This document shows positions 49,300 through 63,019 of a stretch of DNA of 64,000 bases, piece by piece. Source of the stretch: the human T2T-CHM13v2.0 reference genome, Homo sapiens. The DNA lies in NCBI RefSeq assembly GCF_009914755.1, contig NC_060925.1; one strand, written 5' to 3'. The position numbers and the translations under genes are program-made. Each line of letters begins with the position of its first letter. Positions within the stretch are counted from its first letter, which is position 1. Under the pieces are notes generated by a model. That model saw nothing but the letters and a program-made list of their open reading frames with translations. It did no database searches and was not told the origin of the DNA.

Positions 49300-50830
49300 C
49301 AGTGGCATGGTAACCGAGGGCTCAAAGTCGGGCTCGCATCCCGGGGACTCGCAGAGACTGGACTGCGCCTGCGGCAAGGAAGGACGGAGCAGAGCCACCT
49401 GAGGCCGAGCGGGAGCCAGACCCAGGGATGACCGTCCTGGGGAGCCCCTCTGCACCCCGGAGGGGACGCAGGACGCCCGGAGCAGTCCCAGGCCCTGCCC
49501 CTCGCTTCACCCACGGAGCTCCTAGGTCTCTATCGTGCCCATCGTACCCGCTGCCCTGCACTTCCGCCCCAAGCTGGTGGAGGAGGGAGGGTGTCGCAGA
49601 CACGGGAGCGCCGCGGACCTCCTACAGTCACCGTCCTGCGGCGCATCGCGGGTGACCCAACAGCCTCCCGCTGCTCCCGAAAGTGGGACGGGGCCGGCGG
49701 ATCATCCTCCAAGCCGGGGGCGGCCACAGGCCCGATCAATGCCAGGATTCCTCCGACTCCAAGAAAGGCGACGGGGAGAAGCAGGAGGACTCGGATGACT
49801 CCGGCACCAGGGAGGAGGGCGCCCGGGCCTCGCCGTCGCCAGGGCGGTCGGGACGGGGGGTGGCGGGCGGCGCGGGGCAGGGCCCGGTGCCCGGGAGGCC
49901 GCGGGAAGCGGGGGGCGTCGAGCCGTCGGGGGCCGAGCTCAGCAGCTCTTGCAGGTACTTTATGTAGCGGATGGCGGCGCGCAGCGTCTCCACCTTGCTG
50001 AGTCGCTTCTCAGCCAGGGCGCCGGGGAGGTGGCCGCGGAGGCGAGCGTAGCCCTCGTTGACGCACTTGACTCGCTGCCTCTCGCGCTCGTTGCGCTTCT
50101 GGATGAAGGCTGGCTCGAAGGGGTATTCGTAGACCCCGAAGGCGCCGGGGAAGGGCACGTAGGGGAACACCCCCGCATAGGCGTCGTAGTAGGGCGGCTC
50201 TGCTGGGCCCGGGTACAGCAGGAAGGGCACGTTGCCCAGGGGCTCGGCGGGGGGCAGGGGCGCCTGCCGGGGAGGGGGCATGACGCCCAGCTGCATGCAG
50301 CTGGGGGGCCCCAGAGGCCTCCGGTCCACCAGAGCCCGGCAGAAGTTATTGTTCATGGTGCCGCGTGGAGCTGGACCCAGAGCGAGGCCTCCACCGAATG
50401 GCCCCGGCTTGGGGTCTGCACCGTCTCCACCAGTGGGGCAAGTCACATCGCTAGCAGCAGCTCTTGGGTACCAGGACTTGCTAGGGCCTCTTTTCGCCCT
50501 TTAGGGTGGCTTCCAATGACTCCCTAACAAGAGCCATCGCCCTAGACAAGTGTGGCCCCTCTCAGGAGGTCGGTGCACGCCTTCTCAGAGCCAGCCCATG
50601 GCGCCGCGGAACTCTGAGGGCCCGCACCCCGTTCCGCAGCACCCATGGGCATGGCCACAGACCCGCCCACCCTGCCTCTTGCTGCCACCCAACATGGGCA
50701 CCTCAGGCCTAAACCACGGGCTCCATGTCCTCCACACCCACCCCAGCGCCTGGTCCTTGGTCCTCGCGGCCTTCGGGATCCCCGGGCTGTCCGGGGTCCC
50801 CAAACTGATGGCTGCTGTTAGGAGTGCGCC
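49300..50830. promoter_or_regulatory. CpG island over the ASCL5 coding exon
   Basis: Very high GC and dense CpG compared with the flanks. Confidence 0.85.
49736..50356 (-). CDS. ASCL5: Achaete-scute family bHLH transcription factor 5 (206 aa)
   Basis: GCACCATG start; bHLH AFIQKRNERERQRVKCVNEGYARLRGHLPGALAEKRLSKVETLRAAIRYIKYLQELL; the ORF track's longer start at 50446 is non-ATG. Confidence 0.93.
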   Translation of the reverse strand: MNNNFCRALVDRRPLGPPSCMQLGVMPPPRQAPLPPAEPLGNVPFLLYPGPAEPPYYDAYAGVFPYVPFPGAFGVYEYPFEPAFIQKRNERERQRVKCVNEGYARLRGHLPGALAEKRLSKVETLRAAIRYIKYLQELLSSAPDGSTPPASRGLPGTGPCPAPPATPRPDRPGDGEARAPSSLVPESSESSCFSPSPFLESEESWH

Positions 50831-50860
50831 AGCTCAGTGGAGGGAGTCCCCGGGAACATT

Positions 50861-50898
50861 TCTAAAGAAGAGGAGAGGAGAGTGAACATATCAGTTAG
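50861..50898 (-). other. ASCL5: Splice acceptor of the ASCL5 coding exon (exon begins at 50861)
   Basis: Branch CTAACTGA (50898-50891), then CTCTCCTCTCCTCTTCTTTAG|AAATG. Confidence 0.7.
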
Positions 50899-52103
50899 GA
50901 AAGACCTGTATTATGGGCTTCTTTGTATCATCCCCACCCGCAAACGGGATTGTAAGCCTCATGAGGAGAGGCGGTTGGCTACTGAAGGGGCACAGATCTG
51001 GGTTAAAATCTTGTGTCCACTCCTTAATAGTCGGGTGACCACTCTGAGTCGTGGTTTCCATAACGGAAGGGCAAGGGAAACATCCTTGACAGGAAATTAA
51101 TAAGATATGAGAATCAAATGTGAAAAAATATATGCAAAAAACACCTCCTAAAGGTCATAGCTTATAAAAATGCCCAGTTTTGTCATGTCCCTTGAGACTG
51201 GGGGATTAAGTCTCATCACTGATCCCTTCCGGGGTCTTACATCTAGAAGCGGGTCTGAGACTGCTTATTGGATTAGCAGCAGCAGCCATCAGCCAATGAG
51301 GGAAGCCAACTCTTTATGGAAAGGAATGCCTCTTTGATAACAAGGTAGGTGTTGCTGGTCCATTCAAAGCCCTCTGCCTGGCAGAGACAGTCATCAAAGC
51401 CTTCCCTGCCCCAGTCCCTGTGGTCTGGGATACACCCTCTCACCCCACCCTGGGTTTCTCCATGGCACCTAATGGAGCTGTCTATTCTTTCACCTGTATG
51501 CCCTGAGCCTAGCCCAGCCCCTGTTGAGTATTAGATGCTCCACAAATACATGTGGAATAACAGAGAGAGGATTAGGCAGAAAGCTGGGTTTGTCAGGGTG
51601 GGACTGATTACACGTAGCCTTTCATAGGCTTTAGGAAGTTGTTATTTCAGAAATAATTGGTGTGTGTTGAGTTTAGGTGCCACCAAGCTTCATTGCATGT
51701 GGTTATCAGATCCAAGTTAGGTGCCATTTTGTCTAGGAAGCCTCTCTGATCGCACTCCCCCCTCTTGTGTGTGTCTACAGTGTTCCATAAGTGCCATCTT
51801 AGCACTTATCACACTACTCTATTATTTTTTCCCTCTTCATAAAAGATGATCAGGACTTAGCGAGTGAGTGAGTGATGGGCAGCATGACACCTTGGCCACT
51901 GGGCACGGCCTCTCCAAGAGACAGAAAGGAGCTAGCTCTCTCCCTGACAGGAGGAGGTGGTGGCAAACTCAGATTCCCGAGAATGTCTCCTTCTGCACCC
52001 TCTCACCTCTGTCCTTTTTGCAGGCCCTGAGTCTGTTTCCAGCTAGCTTTGTCCTCCACACTAAATGAGGACCAAGAAAAATCAACAATGATTCTAAGCG
52101 TCA

Positions 52104-52427
<324 letters not shown>

Positions 52428-53144
52428 GAGTGAAACCAAATGTCTGAGAATTCAGGACAAATTCACATATCCCTCCCCTTCTCAGTGGCCTTCAAAGCCT
52501 CCCCGTTGCTTTCAAGAGAAGGTTCTAGAAAATGTCTCCCAAACAGACCTTCAGATCTCTCAGGTCAATCTTCTCTGGAACTCTTTGCTTTCCGGATCTC
52601 ACACTTGGCTTGTGCTGGCTCCGGTCCTGGGGGCCCTCTCTACATCTCTCTGCTTTACCCAGAGTCCTGCCATCCTTGATTCCAGCTCCTGCCCATCCTG
52701 ACTGCCTGAGCGCTCCGGCTTCCAACATGGGTTGTGCATTCTAAGATGGCACATTCTCTTTAAGGTTGTGCATTCTATGTCTTCAACCAGAATGTAAGCA
52801 GTCGGAAGGCAGGGGCTAGGGCTTTTATTTCTCAGGTAACACCTATCAGTCCCTTGCTCAAAATGATTTTCTAGCGGTTCTCTTTTATTGTACAAATTTG
52901 GGATCCAGACTACACTCTCCCATATGATCCCTGTCTATTCATATTTGACTTAATTATTTAAATTTAATTTGATAGGGGTCAGAAGTTTATGACAATTTTA
53001 ACAAGTACAACTTACTATTTGTTCATGTTGATTTAATATTCATAACTTATTTATTTTCCTCATATACTATTTACCTTTTTTCATACAACAATTCAGAAAG
53101 GTGATTCAAACAAGAAACTTCACAGCAGGACTATGTATTTCTTA

Positions 53145-53488
<344 letters not shown>

Positions 53489-56309
53489 GAACTCATAACC
53501 TATCTGCAAGATACCATAGGGGGGTACACAGCTGCAAGGGAATTGTGTTCTGCATCTATCACTGAATACCAGAAGCTGAGGAACACAGTGTAGCATATGA
53601 CCATTAAGCGGCGTGATTTTCATTCAGTAAATATGTACAGAGGGTCCTGGATATCCTGGGACTGCTCTAGGTACTAGGATAGAACAGCAAACAAACATTG
53701 TAGTGAAATAATAATAATAATGATAATCATAGCTACACTTATTATTCATGATGTGCAAGACCTCATGCTAAGAGCCTGATGTGAATCATCTCATTTAATT
53801 TTCACGCCATCCTTGAGAGGTAGGTGCTAATATTGTCTGGTTTTACGGGTGAGAAACTTGAGGCACATGAAGGGTAAGTCACTTTTTAAAGGCCCACTGT
53901 TAGGAATTCATGAACTAATAAAGGTTAATCCACCACCTCAGTTTCCCACCTCTTCCCTCAGTATTTCTACTAGTGGCTTCTCATCTGATCAAAGGAACAG
54001 AGAGGTTTACACTGACCTAACAAAAGGATCTTAGTAAATTATTCCTGCTGGAGAGGAATTACAATTATAATGATAATTCCTGGAGGGGATGTCCCGCTGA
54101 AGATTCCAATTATAATGCTGTTATTTAGCTTCTGCTAAGAGAAGAACTAAAGGTCACCCCGGTCATCTTTTGGGAGGGTAGCACCCCCTTGAAGATGTGT
54201 TTGGAGGGTGGCCCATGGAGTTCTGCTGCTGGGAAGATACAGACTGGAGTATCATCAGACTGAGTCAAGCAGCAGGAGCCCCCTTGCCTGAGCTTAGAAA
54301 ACCTGAGCAAAGGCCCCAGGAGGATCTATCAGTAGCAGGGAACCTACTCATCGGCTAAGTTCATGGGACTGGGCAGAACCAGCTATCAATAGCGCCACGG
54401 TGTGGTGGTGAGACGCAGTGGCGGCAACAGATTGATGAAATTCGCATCCCGACCCCACGGGTGTCGAAGTCATCACTTCCTGTGACAGCTCCCTTTGGGG
54501 ACTGTGGGTCCCTAGGTCTCCTGGAAAATTCAGGGTAAGAGAAGACCCCTTAGGAAAAGCTACTGAGTTTTCTGTCAACATCTACTAATTTTCTCCCTGT
54601 GTTTGTGAAGCAATTCGTATCACTTAAACTTTCACTATGTACACATACATAAAATATGTATTAATACAATTAGATGTATTTTGTTGTTTTGAATTAAAAA
54701 TAGCAGTTGCATCAGCATTAGGCAACTTACTAGATAAAAATGTGACTCTGAAACAGTGGAAGAGCTTTTCCTCTACTCTTAGCCCCCATGGTGACTGCTG
54801 AAAGAGCTAGTTGAGTGAACCCATTGATTGCATTGAGTAGGCACAGACTATTAGTTGCAGGCAATGCTGTCCACCTTTTTAAGGGGCCCTGGTTCCTCTC
54901 TGGGACCAGAGCCACTCCTTGCCCTCAGCAACCCCATTCATTACCAGCTGTACTCTAGTTTACTTTGCCCTGGGAAGCAGCCGAGCAGATGTGCTTGGCA
55001 GGAAGTAACTGCTGTTCCTCCCCAGAGCTTTCTTCGTGGTGCAAGCTACACTGAGCTGTTAGGCCTGCAGTCTACGCTCAGTTGTACCATGTACAGTTAG
55101 TTTGTTTAGGGCCAGCTATCATCAATTATTGTGCAAAGAACTTTCTAATCCTCAAATCTGACTTGCACCAGAGAGGGCGTATTGTCAGCGGGGGTCTCCT
55201 GGGCCTCCTTTGCAGTACCTTGCCAATTCTAATTGTGTAGCACTAGTGTTTGCCCCACCAATATTAGCCCCTTGTTGTCCCTATTGCCAGAGGATCTCAC
55301 TGTCCACACCTCTGGGGATGGCACATTATCATAACTTGCTGTTAATGGTTTCATACTCATCCCCTGCCCATCTCTCCCAGGCCTCTCCCTGGTGCTCAAT
55401 GTTCACCAGGGCCCTGTCTCCCCACCCTCCTCAGCCTTATACTCTGCATGGGCAACAGGCAACCTGAGGGCCCTCTCCCCAGGGCTCTTCCTGTCACTGC
55501 CCCCAACCCAGGCTGTAAACTGTGAGCCCAAGAACTCTGGTCTTATCCTTCTTTGAGACACACAGTACACGCTCAGTTAAGTGTTTGTTGATTGACACTG
55601 GTGGGAAGCCCTGGGGAGGCAAAGGCAGATGTGAACTTTGAAGAAGCAGACAACATAATTCTACCTTTCAGGCTTTCCTCATTGTCTTTAGCAGGACTGG
55701 AACCAGAGTTGGGGGTCTGAGGTCAGGAATTGGCTGAACATGTCTCTTTCAACAGGGAACCCATGGCTCTGAAGGAAGTATTGGGGAAAGTGATTCCATA
55801 GTCTTCTTCTTCTCCTACCACTCTGAGAGATTTCTGAGAGTTGACCAGTCCATAATGCTGCTTTTGGGCAGCAACAGGGAGACTGCTTCCATAGCCTCCC
55901 CTCTACCCACTGCCGCCAAAAACTGGGAACATTTGTAAGGAAGCCCCAAGGACTCAGAATGACAGAACTCATTAGCTTTGTGGAATCCTCACTCATTCCC
56001 CTGCCTCCAGGCAAGGTGGTTGCTAAAACCTTTCCCCTAAGGGCTGCATAATTTGAGAAATGCAGCTCCCCGCATTTCCCTCCTTGGATACCCACATTAG
56101 CGTTGGCCCTTGGAGGGCATGTTAGCATCAGAGGCCCTGGGAAGCCCTGCAGGTAAAGAAACCTGTTTGTATTTAACCCCCAAATTCCCAATGGAACCAC
56201 AGAACACTTAAAAAATGGTCTTAAGCCCACTAACATCAAATAGAATACACTTCAGGAAATTCTGCCTTTAAATCTTCAGGGTAAATGTATTTTTTTAAGA
56301 AACAAATAG

Positions 56310-56845
56310 GGGCTGGTGTGTGGCTCACACCTGTAATCCCAGCACTTTCGGAGGCCGAGGTGGGGGGATCGCTTGAGCCCAGGAATTTGTGACCAGCTTG
56401 GGAACCTTGTGCTTCTAGTCTTGTTTAAGTCTTACTCACCGCTACATTTTCCTTTAGGAATTCAGTTTTGTGTGTGGTTTCCAATAGGGTTCTGTTTTAA
56501 TTTTGTAGACCAATAATTAGCAGTGTCGATTTATTTAGCATTCATTAAGCAGGCCATCTTTTTATCACTAACTTGAAAAAAATCTCTCATTAAATATTGT
56601 ATTCATCTTTCATTAGGTTCTGCATACTTTAGTAGAGACCCTATCTCTACTAAAAATAAAAACGGTTAACTGGATGTGGTGATGCATGCCTGTAGTCCCG
56701 GCTACTCAGGAGGCTGAGGTGGGAGGATCAGTTGAGCTCAGGAGGTGGAGGCTGCAGTGAGCTGTGATTGCAGCACTGCACCCAGCTGGGTGACAGACTC
56801 AGACCCTGTCTCAAAAAAAAAAACCCCAAAACAACAACAAAAACC
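56310..56845 (+). mobile_element. Alu (AluJ-like) interrupted by a non-Alu insert at about 56406-56629
   Basis: Left part ends ...GACCAGCTTGGGAAC and resumes TAGTAGAGACCCTATCTCTAC; flanking CAAATAGG repeat. Confidence 0.85.
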
Positions 56846-59800
56846 CAAATAGGAAATCTTACAATCTCCCTTGGGGGGTCTGTCACATAACCTGTACATA
56901 TTTCTAGAAGGATAACCTCACCACCCCCACCATATACATAGTGAACACTCCAGACCACATATTCAACATAAGCAATCCTTTCAGAATCTTGACGGGTATA
57001 GTTTCAACACTGATGGGAGAAGGGGCAGCCAGGCCCTGTGACCATGAGCCCACATGGCACCTTGCTGGGTTAGAAAATGATGCTTCATGCTCTGGGTGGG
57101 TGTTGTGCAGGCGGGATTCCAGCCCCACTTGCCCCCTTAGCCTGCACTGAATGAGGAAGTACTATCCATGGGCCCCAGAGCCTGCTTAGCCCCTCACGCT
57201 GCCCTCCACGCCATCCTCCCTGCCTCAGGTTTGGAAACCTCTGTTGCTCCGCAGCAACCTGGCTGCATCCAGTTTCACAAAGAGAAAAGCTCACAGAGCT
57301 TTGACATGGGCTGACCAAGCCAAGTCCTCAATGTGGCATCACTTTGCTGAGAGTCTTAAAGAAGAGAAACAGGGTGGAGAAGGATGGGCTCGCGTGGATT
57401 AGGTGCCCTCTGATGCTTGGTGCTTTGCGGCGTGCTCTGCTTTCCTTATCCCATGCTATCCTCACACCTGAGAGAAGGTATTACTGTTCCTGTTTACAAA
57501 AGAGGAAACAGGCTCAGAGAGGCTAAGAGAGCTGCTCAGGGTCACACAGCCGATTGAATTTACCAGGGTCTCATTGGGTTGATATGAGGACTTTCTTGGC
57601 CGGGCAGCGGTCCCCACCTTTTTTATGAGTAATGATTGTTACAGGATCTCCTGGGGGTGGAGCTGGGTGAGGAATTTAGTCCTTCCCAGTTCCCTGAATA
57701 TAACCAGGCATTTGCAATGCTGTGGAGTTATGGGAAGATGTTCCCAGAGGCAACCACCCCACTGCTAAACCCTGAGCACGGGCTTTAGATTAAACTGGCC
57801 GGGATGAATCCTGGCGCTGCTCTTACTGGCTAAGTAGCTTTAGGCCAGTTACTGACTTCTATAAGCCTGTTGCCTCATCTGAAAAGTGAAGGTAATAATA
57901 CCTACCTTAGAGGTTACTGTAAAGACAAAGGTAATGTATGTGAGCCACGTGGCACCTAAAAGCAATTGAATTAATGGTAGCTCTTATTGCCGTTAAGGGA
58001 CGGGTGACCTTCAGAAAAGCTCCCAGAAGCTCTAGGACCCTTGGATGTGGCTAAGAGAAGCCCAGGACGGCAGGTGCCCCACCAATATTGTTCCACCAAT
58101 GCTTACACCCAGTAGCTTCCCACAGTCACATCTGTCCTGAGTCTAAAAGGAAAATTCTATGCATTAAATGTCCGATTTTTCCCCTCCAATCTTTGAATGA
58201 AAAGGGTAACTGAATTCAAATAATTCTAATAAATTGAATTTATTCAACCGTGTGTTCTATCGCCTGTCAATCCACCTACCAAATAACATCTCCTGAGCTC
58301 CTTCAAGGAATCCTTCTGTGGGCTGGGGACCCAGCAGAGGACAACCTCAACTGCTGCCCTCAGTTTAGTAGAAGAAAAAAGGACTGCATCTTAGTGCCCA
58401 CACATGCCTAGCACTTACCTATATGCCAGCCGCTGTTCTAAGTGTGCTACAAAACTCTCATTACAGCCTTATGATGTCAGGACTGATGGTATCCCCAACT
58501 TACAGATGAGAAGAACAAGGCAAAGAGTGGTTAAGCAAATTGCCGCAGGTCACACAGCTGATAAATGTTGACCTGGGATTCAAGGGATCCTTTCTACACT
58601 CTGGGACTGGGGCATCGTCATCCTGTCCAGGAATGAGTCTTTCTTAGCCCAGAAGAATAAGACTCAGATTCAGAAGAAAGTCCATTCCCTACATTACTCC
58701 TACTACCCCACCCCACCCAAGGGGAGGAGGAAGAGTCTATGGCTCAGGAGCCCGACACCTGGACTCTTGTCCCAAAGCCACCAATAAGTGCTAATGTGAC
58801 TCTTCACAAATCTTACCATCAGATAAAACTGCTCCGTACTTTGCCTTTCGGGGAGTAGAAATACCTTCTGAGGAGTCCAACAACCTCATTGGGGGTGGGT
58901 TTTGGGGTTGCAGAAGGGAAAGGTGAGACCCTGGCCAAAATTGTGACTAGGAACCCAGTATTTAACTTGCTCTCTCTGGCTGAAGTGACTCACACTGCTG
59001 TGCAAATGCAAGTTACTGCAATTCCTGTTCTCATCATTGGTTACACACATAGGTGCTCAAGAGTGTTTCTGAATGCTTATGATTAATCAATGTTAATTTC
59101 AAAGAAGACAAAGAGGAAGGAAAATCATCCTATAGACACAGTGAAGTCATGGTCAGAATGAACCAGGCGGTTCTGCAGATGAAATCAGTTTGAATCCCAG
59201 AAATTCAAGCTGTGCCTGAGCCTCCCTTGATGAGGAACAGTCAGCCTCAGAGCTGGGTTCACAGGCTAGGAAGCTAGGGAGGCTGGGGTTGAGGGGTGGG
59301 TACCATGGAAGCTGCCCCCAAGGGTGCTGCCTGCCAGCCTCTGCCCTCTGAACCACACACCCATCGTCATTGTTGTCTCCTCCCTGGCCCTACTGCCCTA
59401 GGCTCCAGTGCCAAGCTCAAGCAGAGTCATGCCCTGGGGCCCATATTATTGCCAACTCAGGGGAACAGAGGAAAAAGGATTCTCACTCCTTTCTCTACAA
59501 AAAGGAGTATCCCTTGTAGGTGACGGCTATTTCATGGGGGAAAAAAAGCCCTTAGGGGCCACAGAACAAAAGTTTGAGGGTTCCCAAGGAAGATGGGTCT
59601 GGTGGCCTCTGCAGATCATATTAATAGATCCAGAGAATTCGTAGGTGGGAAGTGACTGCAGCTGCAGGGCTGGAGGGGAGACGGTGCCCGTAATGAGGGA
59701 AGGAGATTCATGAACCAACATTGTTCAGCACTTGTGATACTTCACACTCTGGATCTCATTCGAGCCTCAGGGTGTCCTTGTGAAGTGGGTGTCTGCAGCC

Positions 59801-61123
59801 CCCACTCCACAGGAGGGACCGAGGCCAGGAGAGCCTGGACCTGTGGCCAGGGTAGACCATGGCCCTGGTTCTCCACTGCCCCCACCCCAGTTTCCCCTCC
59901 TGGTGGCTGAGGCCCTCGCAGCTCCCTCTGTGTGCAGGCTGTCACTGGGATTCTCCAACCTGTCTCATGCATGCGGTTACCTGTATTTTAGAGGGAACTG
60001 GGGCTCTCTGAACTTGTCATACGTTGGCTTACGACCAGGGACTCTGGAGCCAGCCAGATGTGTCTGAGAATCCTGGCTTTGCCACTTCCCAGCTATATGA
60101 CTTTGAGCAGGCCTATTCCATTTCCTCTTCTGTAGGCTGGGGAGAGTAACAGCACTCACTTCCTAAGGTTACTGTGAAGTTCAAGGAGATCGTGCATGAA
60201 AACACGCTGGCACGCTTCGTGGCTGGGAAGTGCTCAGTAATCAACAGCTGTTCACACTCCCAGGCCCGGCATCTAGGTTCCCAGCAGTCTGCCATCCTTC
60301 TCTCCAACATTCTTTTCCCCCATATCCCCAAATCAGCCCTCAGCTTCAGCGTGAACATAACTCTCTTCTCTCAAGCAGCCTCTGCGTTCTCCCCTCTAGC
60401 CCATGTTCACAGAGTTGCTCCTTTCCGGGAGAATTAGCCCCTTGCCTTTCCACTCATCCAACTCCTACTTCTGGAAGCTGTTTGGGTCTTTCTTTGTCCA
60501 CAGAGCTTTACTACCCTCTCCTGTTTCTGCTCTTTCTCCTTCTCCCTGAATCCTAAAGCCTTGGTGCGTTGCTCTCAGTGGTCATAGTTCATTGGCGTGC
60601 CCTCGCCTTGCTGTTCACCTTGCTGTGCATTTGTGTCTTGCTCTTTCAAGGAGCAGGAGTTCCTTGAAGGGCAGGAACCTCATGCTCCCTCTGTATCCTG
60701 CGGGCCCAGCCCTGCCCCTGACACATAGGAGGTGTCCAAGAAGTAGCCTGATGTGGAGGGGTAATTGAATTGCTGCTGGATGAATGGCAATTGAATGGGC
60801 ACAGGTGAGTGTCACCAGTCCATGACTGTTATAGCAAAGCAGGTGGTCTCACGAGCCGTGTCACCTTCCTTTAATGTCTGTGGTAGAGCAGCGATGCAGA
60901 GGTCTGAGCCTGAAAATACAAAACTCATCCATCCAAACTGCCTCCTCGGGGAGCAGGATAAAAAGCACAGGCACTGAGTGGGAGGAAATGCTGTGTTCTA
61001 ACGGGGACAGAATCTTGGCTCACACCGTAGGGAAGGAGACTGTTATTTACTAGGCACCTTACCATGTGCTAGCAATTTATTTATTTAATCTCTTCAAGTT
61101 CCCTTAGCTCTTTTAAAGTTAAT

Positions 61124-61385
61124 TTTTTTTTTTTTAAGTAACAGGATCTCACCTTGTCATGTGGGCTGGAGAGCAGTGGGACGATCATAGCTCACTGTAA
61201 ACTTGAACTCCTGGGTCCAAGTAATCCTCCTGCCTCAGCCTCCTGATTATAGCTACACACCACCATGCTGGGTTGTTAAAAATTTTTTTGTAGAGACAGA
61301 ATCTTGAACTTCTGGCTTCAAGTGATCCTCCCGCCTCAGCCTGCTGAGTGGCTGAGATTACAGGCATGAGCCACTGTGTCCCGCC
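61124..61385 (-). mobile_element. Alu (AluJ-like, internally deleted)
   Basis: Poly-T plus degenerate reverse Alu. Confidence 0.85.
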
Positions 61386-62067
61386 CTCCCTTAAATCACT
61401 TTCTATTCCCATTTTACAGATGGGGAAACTGAGGCTCAGCAAGCTTAAGTGAGTTTAAGGGGGATCATATTTTTAGTAAATAGCATGATTAAAAACAACA
61501 AAAATATTTATATAACATTTATTCTATGCCAAGTACTAGTCTAAGCACTTTACCCATTTGATTCTCACATAGTGCTGTGAGCCATATACTATTATTAACC
61601 CACTTAACAGGTGAAGGGACAGAGACCTAGATATGCAAATGGCCTGTGGTCCCACAACAATTAAGTAATGGAGCTAGGGTGTGAGCCCGGGCCATCTCTC
61701 CTGTGGCCAGGCCCTTCACCACTGCTCTGCACCTCCTGAGCCTGCTCCCAAGTTCAGACCCAGGCCTAGCTCTCCTCCTGCCTAGACCCTTCACGACGAG
61801 CAAGTCCATGGGAAAATGCCCGCTCAGTGGCAATGTCCTTGGCAGCACAGCTGATCTCGCCTTCTCCCAGCACTGGTGGGTGCCGTAACCCCAGCCAGCA
61901 GGTGGCTTGGCTCTGTTTTCCTTTCCTTTGGGTAGGAAAGCCATCAGGGGTGACTAAGCCCTGAGTAAACAGTGTTCCTGGCCTCCCTCCTCCAGGCCGG
62001 GTGGGGCTATCACTATTTCAGGATCAAACTCGGGCACATCCCTCAGCCACCACCTTCGCACGGTTAC

Positions 62068-62360
62068 CTCTCTGGGTTTGTTCCTCCGGCAGCGCTTATC
62101 CTGATCAGTGGCTCTTGAACCTCCTGGGGGGACTGCGGAATCTCCGGGGCTGCCCGCCTGCCCAGCAGCACCTTCAGCAGCCTCTGGCCGGGCTTTCCTG
62201 CCACAGCACCGGGAGCCAGGTACACTTTACCTGATTCAACTTCAAACGGCAACACACCCAGAAGGGGAGGGAGGAGGGGCGGCAGGGGGTGGGGGCTCCT
62301 CTGATCTGGGATCAGCTCCCAAGAAGGAGAGAGGGCCACTCCTGGCCTCCTGTGATTGGC
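62068..62360 (-). promoter_or_regulatory. ASCL5: Probable ASCL5 promoter and non-coding first exon
   Basis: CpG-enriched patch; CCAAT 62359-62355; GC box near 62276; donors GAG|GTAACC (exon end 62068) and CAG|GTAAAG near 62231. Confidence 0.45.
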
Positions 62361-63019
62361 TGCCCTGAGTCTGGGCAAGTGACATGCAGCTCTGGGCTGG
62401 AGCCTAGGAGGAGTGGGGATGCTGTCCTCTAGGGCGCTGCCCTGCTGAGAGCCAAGGGAGGGGGATGCATCTGGCCCAGCTGGCAGGGAGCCTCAGATAG
62501 CCTCTGGATGGAAGTCCATACAGCAGGAGGGACTTGAATTAGCGCGTAGGAAATGCGTCGTGAGCGTGAAGGGCAAGAGACCAGGAACACGCAGGGAGTC
62601 TCTTTTTATGGGGGAAGTCCTTATGGTCAGGAGAAGACAACACTCTCTCTGGAGTGGCTTTCATGATACCAGTTTGGGGGTGGGGACTGTCAGGTGATCA
62701 CTGGGCACTCCAGGGGTTGAACCGGGGACTAGGAGGGCTGCAGTGGCTCTCCAGGGACACAGTGCAGGGCTGGGGGGCACTCGCACCGCCAGCCTCCACC
62801 AGGGACTGCAGGGTAGCTGCACCGCACATGCACAAAGCTGCCTGAAGCCAGAGCTGGAGGGGCCCGTGGAGGTCACCAAGGCCATCCTCCCCAGTGGCCA
62901 GCTGAGGAAAGTGGCACCCAGAGAGGAAAGAGGTGTGCCCAGGGATACGCGGCCCACTAGATGAGCCTCCGGCAAGGCGAAGGCCCAGCTCTGTGTGGTG
63001 AGGCCTGCGGCTCTAGGGA

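Noticed and set aside
50357-50446. 236-aa ASCL5 as given by the ORF track
   Set aside because: Begins at GTG; the first in-frame ATG with good context is at 50356
49949-50527. 192-aa plus-strand ORF over ASCL5
   Set aside because: Stop-poor antisense frame expected in a CpG island
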